From positions 832-64,831 of the forward strand of contig JAZOVZ010000099.1 in assembly GCA_045658965.1 (NCBI GenBank): 64,000 nucleotides of DNA, read 5' to 3'. Below, piece after piece: positions 27,026 to 37,001 of the stretch. Every line of letters starts with the position of its first letter. Within the stretch, counting starts at the first letter, position 1. The stretch comes from Eubacteriales bacterium. Lineage in GTDB: Bacteria; Bacillota; Clostridia; Oscillospirales; CAG-272. The notes under the pieces are model-generated. The model did not search any database, was not told the origin of the DNA, and worked only from the letters and a program-made list of their open reading frames with translations. The position numbers and the translations under genes are program-made.

Positions 27026-27934
27026 TTACTGTTCAAACAGTGCCTTGATAAACTCGGCAGCATCAAATTCCTGCATATCGTCGATCTTTTCGCCCACACC
27101 GATGAACTTGACGGGAATGCCCAGCTCGCGCTTGATGGAAAGCACGATACCGCCCTTTGCGGTGCCGTCCAGCTTGTTGAGCGTCAGACCCGTGATGTTG
27201 GCAGCCTTGCCGAATTCCTTTGCCTGCATGATCGCGTTCTGACCGGTGGTAGCGTCCAGCACCAAGAGGTTTTCTCTTGCCGCACCGGGCAGCTCACGGT
27301 CGATGACGCGGTTGATCTTTGCAAGCTCGTTCATCAGATTGGTCTTATTGTGCAGTCTGCCCGCGGTATCAATGATCAGCACGTCAGCCTGCTTTTTCTT
27401 TGCGTAGCTGATAGCGTCGTAAACAACTGCGGCAGGGTCGCTGCCCTCGTTCTGGCGCACCATTTCTACCTTGGCGCGGTCGCACCATACCTGCAGCTGA
27501 TCGATTGCCGCTGCGCGGAAGGTGTCCGCTGCCGCGACTACGACCTTCTTGCCCTGTGCGCGCAGTCTGTTGGAGATCTTACCGATCGAGGTGGTCTTGC
27601 CCGCACCGTTGACACCGATGACCAGGATCACCGAGGGAGTGGTGGACAGATTCAGCGCACCGCCCTCGCCGATCATGTCGGTCAGCATTTCCTGCAGCGC
27701 AGCCATCACGTCCTCTTTTTCCTTGATTCTGCCGTCCTTGATACGGTCGCGCAGCTCGTCCATGATCTCCTCGGTCGCGCCAACGCCCACGTCTGCCTCA
27801 ATCAGCAGCTCCTCAAGCTCGTCCAGCATATCCTCATCCACGCGCACGAAATTGGAAAGTACGTCGTGTACCTTGCCAAACAGCGCGTCCTTGGTCTTTT
27901 TCAGACCCGCCTTTAATTTATCCAAAAATGCCAT
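27026..27934 (-). CDS. ftsY: SRP receptor FtsY
   Basis: 'GVNGAGKTTSIGK', 'DTFRAAA', 'DTAGRL', 'KLDGTAKGG'. Confidence 0.97.
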   Translation of the reverse strand: MAFLDKLKAGLKKTKDALFGKVHDVLSNFVRVDEDMLDELEELLIEADVGVGATEEIMDELRDRIKDGRIKEKEDVMAALQEMLTDMIGEGGALNLSTTPSVILVIGVNGAGKTTSIGKISNRLRAQGKKVVVAAADTFRAAAIDQLQVWCDRAKVEMVRQNEGSDPAAVVYDAISYAKKKQADVLIIDTAGRLHNKTNLMNELAKINRVIDRELPGAARENLLVLDATTGQNAIMQAKEFGKAANITGLTLNKLDGTAKGGIVLSIKRELGIPVKFIGVGEKIDDMQEFDAAEFIKALFEQ

Positions 27935-30900
27935 CCCAGTTACTCTCCTTTTGCTTTTCAATATCGTTAACGTCCAGCGTCAGCACCTTGGAAATGCCGT
28001 GCTCGGGCATGGTGACGCCGTACAGTCTGGTGGCAGCAGCCATGGTACCGCGGCGGTGCGTGATCATAATGAACTGCGTACCGTCGGTGTACTTCTTGAT
28101 GTACTGTGCAAGTCTTTCTACGTTGACCTCGTCCAGCGCCGCCTCGATCTCGTCGAGAATACAGAAGGGCGTGGGGTTGACCTTGAGGATTGCAAAGAAC
28201 AGCGCAACACCGATAAACGCCTGCTCGCCGCCCGACAGCTGCATCAGATTCTTGATGATCTTTCCGGGAGGTGCCGCCTTGATCTCAATGCCCGACTCCA
28301 GAATGTTCTCGGGATCGGACAAAGACAGCTCTGCAGAGCCGCCGCCGAACAGCTCGGCAAACACCTTGCCGAAGTTCTCGTTGATCTGATTGAAGGACTC
28401 GACAAACACCGCCTTCATCTCGGCTTCCAGCTCGGCAATGATCTTCATGGTCTCTGCCTTGGACTTTTCCAGATCGGTGATCTGCTCGTTCATCTCGTCG
28501 TATCTCTTCTTGACCTCCTGGTACTTCTCCACAGCACCCAGGTCCACGTGACCGATGGCACGCAGCTTGTTGCGGCATTCGGTCTGCAGCTGTACCATCT
28601 CGCGGCGGTTTTCGGGCGTGATCGCGGGATACCCCAGAGCGATCGCGTCCGCTCTGGTCATTTCGTAATCATCCCAAAGCTTGGACGAAAGCTTATCCAG
28701 CTCGTCGCGCAGATTGTTCAGCTTATTCTCACACTTGGTATATTCGCGGAAGATGATCTCCTTCTGGTTCATCTTCTCGCGCATGCGCGCAGTCATTTCA
28801 TTGAGCTTTTTCTCAAAGTCCATGCTGTCGCTTTCAATTTCGGCGCGCTTGGCATTCAGCTCCTGCAGTCTTGCCTGTCCCGCCTCGTATTTTTGTCTGT
28901 TATCTGCCTGGAATACCGTGTATCCCTCAATCATGTCCTCCAGCGAAACGATACGCTCGCGCGACGCGCGGATCTCGTCCGCATACAAATCAACGCGCGT
29001 ACGGCAAACGCCAAGCAAGGTGTGCTCGGTCTCGGTATCCTTTGCCGTTTCGCTGATCTTGATGATCACACCGGTCATGCGGTCGTTCAGATCCGCCACG
29101 TGGTCTTCCATATCAAGTCTCTGCTCGTCCTTTTTCTGACGTGCCGCGGTGATCTCGCTCACGACCGTGGCTGCTCTGCGCTCGTCCGCCTGCAGAATGG
29201 CAAGGTCTTCCTCGTATCTCTCGCTCATGGCGATGATCTGGTCGTAGTCCTCGCGCATCTTGGCAAGCAGCGTTGCATTCGCCTCGATCTTGGCATTGAT
29301 CTGCTCAAGCTGCGCCGCCTCGGTGCTCATCAGCACGCCCAGCAGCTCCTTGCGGTCCTCGCACGATGCCTTATCCTCGGTGGTGTCGCGGATATCCTGC
29401 TTTTTCTGATCTGCATCCTTGAGCAGCTTGGCAAGCTCCTTTTCGCATGCAGCGCAGGTCTCCTCCAGCTTTTTGATCTCGGCTGCTCTGCCAAGCACGC
29501 TCGCACCCTGGCGCACCGAGCCGCCCGTAAACGAACCGCCCATATTGATCTGCTGACCGTCCAAGGTCACAACGCGTACGCGGTAGCGCAGCGCCTTTGC
29601 CATAGCGGTCGCATTATCGATGGTATCGAAAATGACGGTTCTGCCGATCAGCGAGGAAACCACGTCACGGAACTTGTCCTCGCAATCGATCAAGGTGTCC
29701 GCAACTGCAATATAGCCGCGATAGCCCGACGCGTCACGCATTTCGGGCGTGGGGGCAGACGCACGCATAGAGGTCAGGGGGAAGAAGGTCGCTCTGCCCG
29801 CCTCGCCCTTTTTGAGCGCGTACATAGCCGCCTTTGCGGTCTCTTCGTCGTCCACTACGATATGCTGCAGGTTTGCACCCAGCGCGGTTTCAATCGCGGT
29901 GACGTACTTTTCATCTACGCTGACCACCTTGGAAAGCGGACCGTAGATCTTGCCCACGGGCACACCGCCCGCAGCAGTGATCTTGCCCTCCGCGTAGCGG
30001 TTCATGACGAAGCGCACGCTGTTGGCATAACCCTCAAAGCTCTCTTCCATGTGCTTGAAGGTCTGAATTCTTTGCTGTGCCGAATCGCGGCGCAGTCTGA
30101 TCTGGTTGATCTGCTCGGAAAGCTCACCAAACGACGCGTTGAGCGCAACCAGCTTTTTATTATAGTCCTCGATCTCTGCCGCAGCCTCGTCGATCGCCTT
30201 CTGATAATCGGCAACCGTCTTTTGCTTTTCGGCACTCTGCTTTTGCAGGGCGCGGTCGGCATTCTCATAGGTCTCCATATCGGCAAGGATATCGCTGTTG
30301 CGATCGCTGCCGCTGTTCTTGGCGTTCTCCAAGACAGAGATACGCACGCGGATGTCGGTCGCCTCAGCCTCAGCCTCGCGGATGTCCGCAAGCGCGGTGG
30401 CAATATCAGCCTCCAGCACCGCGATCTTGGCGCGCGTGGTGCGGATCTCGTCTGCGATCTCGCCCTGCTGACGCTCAAGCGCAGCACTCTGCTCGGCAAG
30501 CGCAAGAATGCGTGCGGAGTGCTCACCGCAAGCCGCCTGCTCCTGCTCCATATTTTTCTGCGAAAGAGCCATGGAGGAAGTTGCCGCCTCGATCAGCTCC
30601 TTGGTGTGCGCAATGTTGCTCTCGGTCACGCGGAACTCGCTGTCCAGCGTATGATTCTCCTGCGTCTGCTCGCGGATCTGCGTCAGCAGCTGCTCGGATG
30701 CCATCTTGTTGGACTGCGACGCCTCAAACAGACGGTTGTTCTGCGTCTCCATGCCCTGCAGCGCGTCCTCTGCAGTCTGCAGATCAAACGCAGAGTGCTT
30801 GAGCGCATCCTCCGCGACACCGATCTCGTTGCGGAAGCGCTCGGTATCGTACAGCCACAGGCTGACGTCTGCACGCTTTTTGGAGTCCATCAGTTCAATG

Positions 30901-31571
30901 GCGCGCTTTGCCTTGCCCGCCTCTTTTTCCAAGGGACCTACCTGCGCCTGCACCTCGGAGAACACGTCCATAATACGCACCATGTTCTCCTCTGCCTTGG
31001 CAAGCTTGCGCTCCGCCTCGTTCTTCTTATGGCGGTACTTGGCAATGCCCGAAGCATCCTCAAACGTGCTGCGTCGCTCGTCACTCTTACGCGATACCAT
31101 CTCGGCAATTCTACCCTGACCGATGATCGAGTAACCGTCACGACCGATACCGGTGTTCATGAACAGCTCGTAAATATCGCGCAATCTGACCGCACGGCGG
31201 TTGATGAAATATTCACTCTCGCCCTGGCGGAAGTAACGTCTGGTAACCGTCACCTCGTCGTAAGGGCAATCCAATTTTGCAAAATCTCCGGTGTTATCAA
31301 AGGTAACCGATACCTCTGCATAACCCATGGGACGGCGGCTGTCCGCGCCGCCGAAAATAACGTCCTCCATCTTGGAGCCGCGCAGCGTTTTGGACGAGAT
31401 CTCGCCCAGTACCCAACGCATCGCGTCCGCGATATTGGACTTGCCGCTTCCGTTGGGACCTACGATGACGGTAACGCCCGCCTGCTCGCCCACCATGCCG
31501 TTGTCAAAGACCAGCTTGGTTCTGTCCGGGAAGGACTTGAAGCCTTGTAATTCAATAGATTTTAAGTACAA
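27918..31571 (-). CDS. smc: Chromosome segregation protein SMC
   Basis: 'GFKSF', 'GPNGSGKSN', hinge 'GRATFFPL', coiled coils, 'LSGGE', 'LDEIEAALD'. Confidence 0.97.
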   Translation of the reverse strand: MYLKSIELQGFKSFPDRTKLVFDNGMVGEQAGVTVIVGPNGSGKSNIADAMRWVLGEISSKTLRGSKMEDVIFGGADSRRPMGYAEVSVTFDNTGDFAKLDCPYDEVTVTRRYFRQGESEYFINRRAVRLRDIYELFMNTGIGRDGYSIIGQGRIAEMVSRKSDERRSTFEDASGIAKYRHKKNEAERKLAKAEENMVRIMDVFSEVQAQVGPLEKEAGKAKRAIELMDSKKRADVSLWLYDTERFRNEIGVAEDALKHSAFDLQTAEDALQGMETQNNRLFEASQSNKMASEQLLTQIREQTQENHTLDSEFRVTESNIAHTKELIEAATSSMALSQKNMEQEQAACGEHSARILALAEQSAALERQQGEIADEIRTTRAKIAVLEADIATALADIREAEAEATDIRVRISVLENAKNSGSDRNSDILADMETYENADRALQKQSAEKQKTVADYQKAIDEAAAEIEDYNKKLVALNASFGELSEQINQIRLRRDSAQQRIQTFKHMEESFEGYANSVRFVMNRYAEGKITAAGGVPVGKIYGPLSKVVSVDEKYVTAIETALGANLQHIVVDDEETAKAAMYALKKGEAGRATFFPLTSMRASAPTPEMRDASGYRGYIAVADTLIDCEDKFRDVVSSLIGRTVIFDTIDNATAMAKALRYRVRVVTLDGQQINMGGSFTGGSVRQGASVLGRAAEIKKLEETCAACEKELAKLLKDADQKKQDIRDTTEDKASCEDRKELLGVLMSTEAAQLEQINAKIEANATLLAKMREDYDQIIAMSERYEEDLAILQADERRAATVVSEITAARQKKDEQRLDMEDHVADLNDRMTGVIIKISETAKDTETEHTLLGVCRTRVDLYADEIRASRERIVSLEDMIEGYTVFQADNRQKYEAGQARLQELNAKRAEIESDSMDFEKKLNEMTARMREKMNQKEIIFREYTKCENKLNNLRDELDKLSSKLWDDYEMTRADAIALGYPAITPENRREMVQLQTECRNKLRAIGHVDLGAVEKYQEVKKRYDEMNEQITDLEKSKAETMKIIAELEAEMKAVFVESFNQINENFGKVFAELFGGGSAELSLSDPENILESGIEIKAAPPGKIIKNLMQLSGGEQAFIGVALFFAILKVNPTPFCILDEIEAALDEVNVERLAQYIKKYTDGTQFIMITHRRGTMAAATRLYGVTMPEHGISKVLTLDVNDIEKQKESNWDGIFG

Positions 31572-31588
31572 TGCTCTTTCTCCTTTGC

Positions 31589-32590
31589 TTAGATTTTAGG
31601 AGCTTTTACGTCGCTTGCAACCAGCCTGAGCTGTGTGCCGAACTCCGCTTGCAAGCGCAAAAGGTTTTGTCTGTGCTGTCCGATCGCCACAGAAAGCTCT
31701 CGGACGGGAATATATACTTGCCGCACGGGAGCGGTTGCTCCCGCCAGCAATTCTCTCAAGCTCTGATAATACAGGTGCGAGCGCACCAGCTCACCGAGCG
31801 CGGGGTGTTTTGCCCCCGCAACAGCCAACGCGGGATCGGAGAGGTTGTCCGAGGCGCAAAGTCCTACACGTATGACCTGCACGCCTGCATCCTCAAATAC
31901 GCGTAAGGTTGCCGCGCTGCGCTCCACCGCCTCGTCAAGCGTCAGCGGCACGTAGCGTCCGCTTTGCATCATATCACACAGCGCGGTGTCGGCAAACACC
32001 ACGGTGGGATAGATGCGCGCACCCTGCACGCCGAGCCTGCATAGCTTCTCTGCAGTTTCCACCTCGCTTTGCAGCGTGCTGCCCGGCAGACCGATCATGG
32101 TCTGTCCCACAACCTCGTAGCCTGCGTCCAGCAGCAAGCGACATGCCCGCTCGGCACACGCGGCATCGTGACCGCGCCCCGAGGCGTATAGCACCGCGTC
32201 GTCCATGCTCTGCACGCCAAGCTCGACCGTGCGCACGCTGTAGCGCGACAGGATCTCAATGATCTCGTCCGAAATATAATCGGGTCGCGTGGACATGCGA
32301 ATGCCCTGCACGCGCGCTTTACCCGCCACGGGAGTCTGCACGTACCGCTGGGCAACGTCCAAAAGATAGCACATCAGCGCACGGTCAATGCCGGTAAACG
32401 AGCCGCCGAAAAACGCGATCTCTGCCGTATCCTGCTCGGTCGTAGTGGCAAGTGCCTGTGCGATCTGCGCGTCCACCTCGTCGGGATCAAAATGCTGTGT
32501 GCCCGATATGGTGCGCTGATTGCAGAACACGCAGGCGTTGGGGCATCCGAGATGCGGGATAAACACGGGGATATTTAAGTGTCTGCTCAC
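31589..32590 (-). CDS. Radical SAM protein (Elp3-like, without acetyltransferase domain)
   Basis: CxxxCxxC (GCPNACVFC), 'FFGGSFT', 'STRPD', 'ELGVQS'; lies between rnc and smc. Confidence 0.88.
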   Translation of the reverse strand: MSRHLNIPVFIPHLGCPNACVFCNQRTISGTQHFDPDEVDAQIAQALATTTEQDTAEIAFFGGSFTGIDRALMCYLLDVAQRYVQTPVAGKARVQGIRMSTRPDYISDEIIEILSRYSVRTVELGVQSMDDAVLYASGRGHDAACAERACRLLLDAGYEVVGQTMIGLPGSTLQSEVETAEKLCRLGVQGARIYPTVVFADTALCDMMQSGRYVPLTLDEAVERSAATLRVFEDAGVQVIRVGLCASDNLSDPALAVAGAKHPALGELVRSHLYYQSLRELLAGATAPVRQVYIPVRELSVAIGQHRQNLLRLQAEFGTQLRLVASDVKAPKI

Positions 32591-33318
32591 GGCTGTACAC
32601 CGAACAGCTCAAGCGCCTGACGCGCAGCGTTTTGCTCTGCGCGACGCTTGGACTGTCCCTCGCCGCGGCCTATGACGTTGGAATTGAGTCTTGCCTCGAC
32701 CGTAAAGGTCTTTTGGTGATCGGGACCGCTCTCGCCAACCGTGACGTATTCGAGAAAATCGCCCTCGGTCTGCTGCACGAACTGCTGCAAGAGAGTCTTG
32801 TAATCGCTGCTGCCTTGCGCACCCGCGTGAGAGATCTCCTCACGGATCAGGGGCAACAGCAGCTCGCCAACGCGGTCAAAGCCCTGCTCACCCGCATCAA
32901 GGTAGATGGCAGCCAACAACGCTTCAAACGCATCCGCCAAAATGGATCTGCGCTCTCTGCCGCGGTTTTTCTCTTCACCGACACCCAAAAGCAGGTAATC
33001 GCCAAGATGAATGCGATCGGCAAACGAGGACAGCGCGCGCTCACAAACCAGCTCCGCGCGCAATCTTGTCAATTCACCCTCGGCAAGATCGGGATACGCA
33101 GTATATAAGTAACGGCTGACCACCACCGACAGCACCGAGTCTCCCAGAAATTCCAGTCGTTCGTTGCAAAGCAGATGGTGATGCTTGTCTCCCTGCTCGT
33201 TGGAGTATGAGGAGTGCGTCAGCGCCTTTTGCAGATAGGAATGATTTTCAAAGCGATATCCGATGGTCTGTTGCAAAAGCTCGGTAGGCTTGGGATATCT
33301 GCTCTCAAAATGACTCAT
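32587..33318 (-). CDS. rnc: Ribonuclease III
   Basis: 'ALTHSSY', 'NERLEFLGDSVL', dsRBD 'DYKTLLQ...GPDH...AEQNAA'. Confidence 0.97.
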   Translation of the reverse strand: MSHFESRYPKPTELLQQTIGYRFENHSYLQKALTHSSYSNEQGDKHHHLLCNERLEFLGDSVLSVVVSRYLYTAYPDLAEGELTRLRAELVCERALSSFADRIHLGDYLLLGVGEEKNRGRERRSILADAFEALLAAIYLDAGEQGFDRVGELLLPLIREEISHAGAQGSSDYKTLLQQFVQQTEGDFLEYVTVGESGPDHQKTFTVEARLNSNVIGRGEGQSKRRAEQNAARQALELFGVQP

Positions 33319-33342
33319 AAGCGTCCTTTCTCTGTCCCGGGA

Positions 33343-34674
33343 TCAGGCGTTGATCTCGGGCAGCATTTCTTTGATAATTGCAATTGCGGTCTCGGCGATC
33401 ACGGCATTTCTTGCCGCCTTGCCGCCCTTGACCTTTTTTGCAGGCATTTCAATAATGCCGAAGTTAGCGTTCATGGGCACGAACGAGCCTACGCTGCCGT
33501 TCTGTACGTACTGTGCCATCGCACCGATCATGGTCTTTCTGGGGAAGATCAGCGCATCCATGCCTTTGGCGCGGCGTGCGGCGTTGATGCCTGCCACCAA
33601 GCCCGAGCCTGCGGATTCGATATAGCCCTCCACACCGGACATCTGTCCTGCAAAGAATACGTTGGGACGGGACAGCATGGAATAATCCGCTGCGAGCAGA
33701 CCGGGAGAATTGAGATAGGTATTGCGGTGCATGACACCGTAACGCAAAAATTCCGCGTTTTCCAGTCCGGGAATCATGCTAAACACACGGCGCTGCTCGG
33801 GGAAGGTCAGGTGGGTCTGAAAGCCCACGAGGTTATACATAGTTCCCTCTTTGTTCTCCTTGCGCAGCTGCACGACCGCGTAATACTCCTTGCCCACGCG
33901 CGGGTCGATCAGACCCACGGGCTTCAAAGGGCCGTAACGCAGCGTTTCGTAGCCGCGGCGTGCCATGACCTCAACGGGCATGCAGCCCTCAAACACGGTC
34001 AGATCCTTCTGCTCCTCGCGGTCAAATTCCTTGAGCGCAGCCTCCTCTGCCGTAATCAGCGCCTCGTAAAAGGCATCGTACTGCTCCTTGGTCATGGGGC
34101 AGTTGATATAGTCGGCATCCCCCTTATCATAGCGGGATGCGAAAAACGCGACGTCCATATTGATGCTGTCGGCATCCACGATGGGTGCGGCAGCGTCAAA
34201 GAAGTGCAATCCCGAGCAGCCGAGATCATCACGGATATAGCTTGCCATGGGAGCACTGGTCAAGGGCCCCGTCGCGATCACCGTAATGCCGTCATCGGGC
34301 AGGCGGTCGCACTCGCACTCGATCACCTCAATATTCGGGTGATTGCGTACACGGTCGGTAATATACTCGGAAAACAGCACTCTGTCCACCGCAAGAGCCG
34401 AGCCTGCGGGCACGCGCGTTGCGTCCGCCGCCTGCATGATCAGCGAGCCCATCTCGCGCATCTCGCTTTTGAGCAAGCCGATGGCGTTGGAGGGCGCGTC
34501 CGAGCGCAGCGAGTTGGAGCAGACCAGCTCGCCAAAGGTGGGCGCGTGGTGCGCGGGTGTATATTTATGGGGCTTCATCTCATAAAGCTTGACCTTGACA
34601 CCGCGCTCGGCTGCCGCAAAGGCAGCTTCACAGCCCGCAAGTCCCGCGCCGAGAACGGAAATATAGTCAGCCAT
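33343..34674 (-). CDS. trmFO: Folate/FAD-dependent tRNA (uracil-54-C5)-methyltransferase
   Basis: 'GAGLAGCEAA', 'ELVCSNS', 'FFDAAAPI', 'GQMSGVEGY', 'PMNANFG'. Confidence 0.96.
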   Translation of the reverse strand: MADYISVLGAGLAGCEAAFAAAERGVKVKLYEMKPHKYTPAHHAPTFGELVCSNSLRSDAPSNAIGLLKSEMREMGSLIMQAADATRVPAGSALAVDRVLFSEYITDRVRNHPNIEVIECECDRLPDDGITVIATGPLTSAPMASYIRDDLGCSGLHFFDAAAPIVDADSINMDVAFFASRYDKGDADYINCPMTKEQYDAFYEALITAEEAALKEFDREEQKDLTVFEGCMPVEVMARRGYETLRYGPLKPVGLIDPRVGKEYYAVVQLRKENKEGTMYNLVGFQTHLTFPEQRRVFSMIPGLENAEFLRYGVMHRNTYLNSPGLLAADYSMLSRPNVFFAGQMSGVEGYIESAGSGLVAGINAARRAKGMDALIFPRKTMIGAMAQYVQNGSVGSFVPMNANFGIIEMPAKKVKGGKAARNAVIAETAIAIIKEMLPEINA

Positions 34675-36968
34675 TATGCTTCTCCCTCACCGGACATTTC
34701 GGTCTCGGTTGCCTGTCTCTGATATCCGCACGCCTTGTCGTGGCAAACGATGAGTGCCTTGCCCTTCTTTCTGAACAGCATGCCGCCACAATCGGGGCAC
34801 TTCTCACCCACGGGCATATCCCAGGAGGAGAAATCACACTCGGGGTACTTTTCACAGCTGTAGAACACAGTCTTGTTCTTGCCGTACTTCATGACGACCT
34901 TGCTTGCGCACTTGGGACAAGGTACGCCGATATCCTTGGTTCTGGGCTTGGTAAACGCACAGGTGGGATAATTTGCGCAAGCGTAGAAGCTGCCGTAACG
35001 ACCGGTACGCAATACCATGTCACCGCCGCACTTTTCGCACTTGAAATCGGCAACGACGACCTTCTTTTCGGTCTGCGCCTGCTCCTCCGCCTCCGCCTTG
35101 GGGGGATTCAGGGGCTTTGTATTCTTACAGGTGGGATAGTTGGGGCACGCTGCAAATTTGCCAAAGCGGCCGTTCTTGACGATCATGGTCGCGCCACACT
35201 TGTCGCAGATCATATCGGTCTTTTCCACAGGCAGCTCGTAGGAAGCCTGCGCCAGTGCCTTTTCCGCGCCCTCCAGCTGCCCTGCAAAGTCACTCCAGAA
35301 CTTTTCCAGCACGCTGTTCATCTCTACGCTGCCCTTTTCGATCGAGTCAAGGTCGCTCTCCATACGTGCGGTAAAGCGGTAATCCACAATGCTTGTGAAA
35401 TTCTCCTCCATGAGCTTGGTCGTCACCTCGCCGTACGCGGTGGGATAGAGCGACTTGCCCTCGCGGGAGACGTAATTCTTGGAAATGTTGGTAATGATGG
35501 TGGTATAGGTGGAGGGTCTGCCAATGCCCTTTTCTTCCAGGTTCTTGATCAGCGTTGCCTCGGTATATCTTGCGGGAGGCTCGGTGAAGTGGCATGCGGG
35601 ATCGATCGAATCGGGCTGCCATACCTGCCCCTGCTTCATGTCCGGCAGGCGGATATCGCTGAGCTGATCGGGGTCGTTCTCGTCAGCCTTGTCATCGGTG
35701 GATTCTTCATACAGCACCATGTAGCCGGGGAATGTCACGGTATAACCGCCGGTGCGGAACAAATATCCCTGAGCGTTGAAGTCCACGCTCAAGGTAGCCA
35801 GCTCTGCGGACTGCATCTGGCTTGCCACAAATCTCTCCCAGATCAGCTTATACAGTCTGTACTGATCGGTAGTCAGATACTTGCGGATCTTTGCGGGCTC
35901 CAAATCGGTCTTGGTGGGACGGATGGCTTCGTGCGCATCCTGCGCACCTGCCTTTGCCTTATAGGTTCTGGGGCTTGCGGGGCAATACTGCTCACCGTAC
36001 TTGCCTGCGATAAATGCCAATGCCGCTGCCTGTGCCTCGTCGGAAATACGCAGAGAGTCGGTACGCATATAGGTGATCAGACCCTGTACGCCGCCGTTCT
36101 CGGCACCGACGTTAATACCCTCGTAAAGCTCCTGCGCCACGCGCATGATGCGTTGGGACTGGAAGCCCAGCTTGCGCGACGCCTCCTGCTGCATGGTAGA
36201 GGTGGTAAAGGGAGGCGCGGGCGACTTATGTCTGGTTGCACGCTTGACGTCCGCTACGGTAAAGGACTTGCCCTGTACTGCGCTTACGATCGCTTCAGCC
36301 TGCTCGCGGTTGGTCAGCTTGATCTTACCGTTACCGTCACCCCAGAAGCGAGCCAGCACGTGCGAACCGCTCTCGGCATGCAGCTGCGCTGCAATGGTCC
36401 AGTATTCCTCGGGCACGAATGCGTGGATCTCGTTTTCTCTTTCCACGATCATCTTGGTCGCAACGCTCTGTACGCGACCTGCGGAAAGACCGGGCTTGAC
36501 GTTCTTCCAGAGCAGCGGGCTGATCTTATAGCCCACGATTCTGTCCACGATACGGCGCGCTCTCTGCGAGTCGACCAGATCCATATCAATGGTTCTGGGC
36601 TGCTTGATAGCAGTCTTGACTGCGGTCTTGGTGATCTCGTTAAAGGTGACGCGCTGGGTCTTTTCTACGGGAATACCCAGAACTGCCGCCAAATGCCAGG
36701 AAATTGCTTCGCCTTCGCGGTCAGGGTCGGTTGCAAGGAATACCTTGGTGGCGTGCTTTGCCTCCTTGCGGATCTCCTTGATCAGATCTCCCTTGCCGCG
36801 CACGTTGATGTAATGTGCGTCAAAGCCGTTCTCAATATCCACGGCAAGTGTGCTTTTGGGAAGGTCGCGCACGTGTCCTTTGGACGCAATGACCTTATAG
36901 TTAGAGCCGAGATAGCTCTTGATGGTTGTTGCTTTGGAGGGTGACTCCACGATTACCAGATTTGCCAT
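34674..36968 (-). CDS. topA: DNA topoisomerase I
   Basis: 'LVIVESPSKA', 'ATDPDREGE', 'SAGRVQS', 'ITYMRTDS', C-terminal Zn ribbons. Confidence 0.97.
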   Translation of the reverse strand: MANLVIVESPSKATTIKSYLGSNYKVIASKGHVRDLPKSTLAVDIENGFDAHYINVRGKGDLIKEIRKEAKHATKVFLATDPDREGEAISWHLAAVLGIPVEKTQRVTFNEITKTAVKTAIKQPRTIDMDLVDSQRARRIVDRIVGYKISPLLWKNVKPGLSAGRVQSVATKMIVERENEIHAFVPEEYWTIAAQLHAESGSHVLARFWGDGNGKIKLTNREQAEAIVSAVQGKSFTVADVKRATRHKSPAPPFTTSTMQQEASRKLGFQSQRIMRVAQELYEGINVGAENGGVQGLITYMRTDSLRISDEAQAAALAFIAGKYGEQYCPASPRTYKAKAGAQDAHEAIRPTKTDLEPAKIRKYLTTDQYRLYKLIWERFVASQMQSAELATLSVDFNAQGYLFRTGGYTVTFPGYMVLYEESTDDKADENDPDQLSDIRLPDMKQGQVWQPDSIDPACHFTEPPARYTEATLIKNLEEKGIGRPSTYTTIITNISKNYVSREGKSLYPTAYGEVTTKLMEENFTSIVDYRFTARMESDLDSIEKGSVEMNSVLEKFWSDFAGQLEGAEKALAQASYELPVEKTDMICDKCGATMIVKNGRFGKFAACPNYPTCKNTKPLNPPKAEAEEQAQTEKKVVVADFKCEKCGGDMVLRTGRYGSFYACANYPTCAFTKPRTKDIGVPCPKCASKVVMKYGKNKTVFYSCEKYPECDFSSWDMPVGEKCPDCGGMLFRKKGKALIVCHDKACGYQRQATETEMSGEGEA

Positions 36969-37001
36969 AGTGTATCTTTTTTCCTTTCAGAGTAAGGTGA
37001 A

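Noticed and set aside
27522-31550. 1342 aa plus-strand ORF, and similar long ORFs at 34740-36944, 42068-43756, 57771-59540, 16271-17581 and 17738-19213
   Set aside because: They lie antisense to clear genes (smc, topA, hydrolase, acyl-CoA ligase, SBPs) and show no RBS or recognisable motifs. They are best explained as shadow ORFs from GC-biased codon usage.
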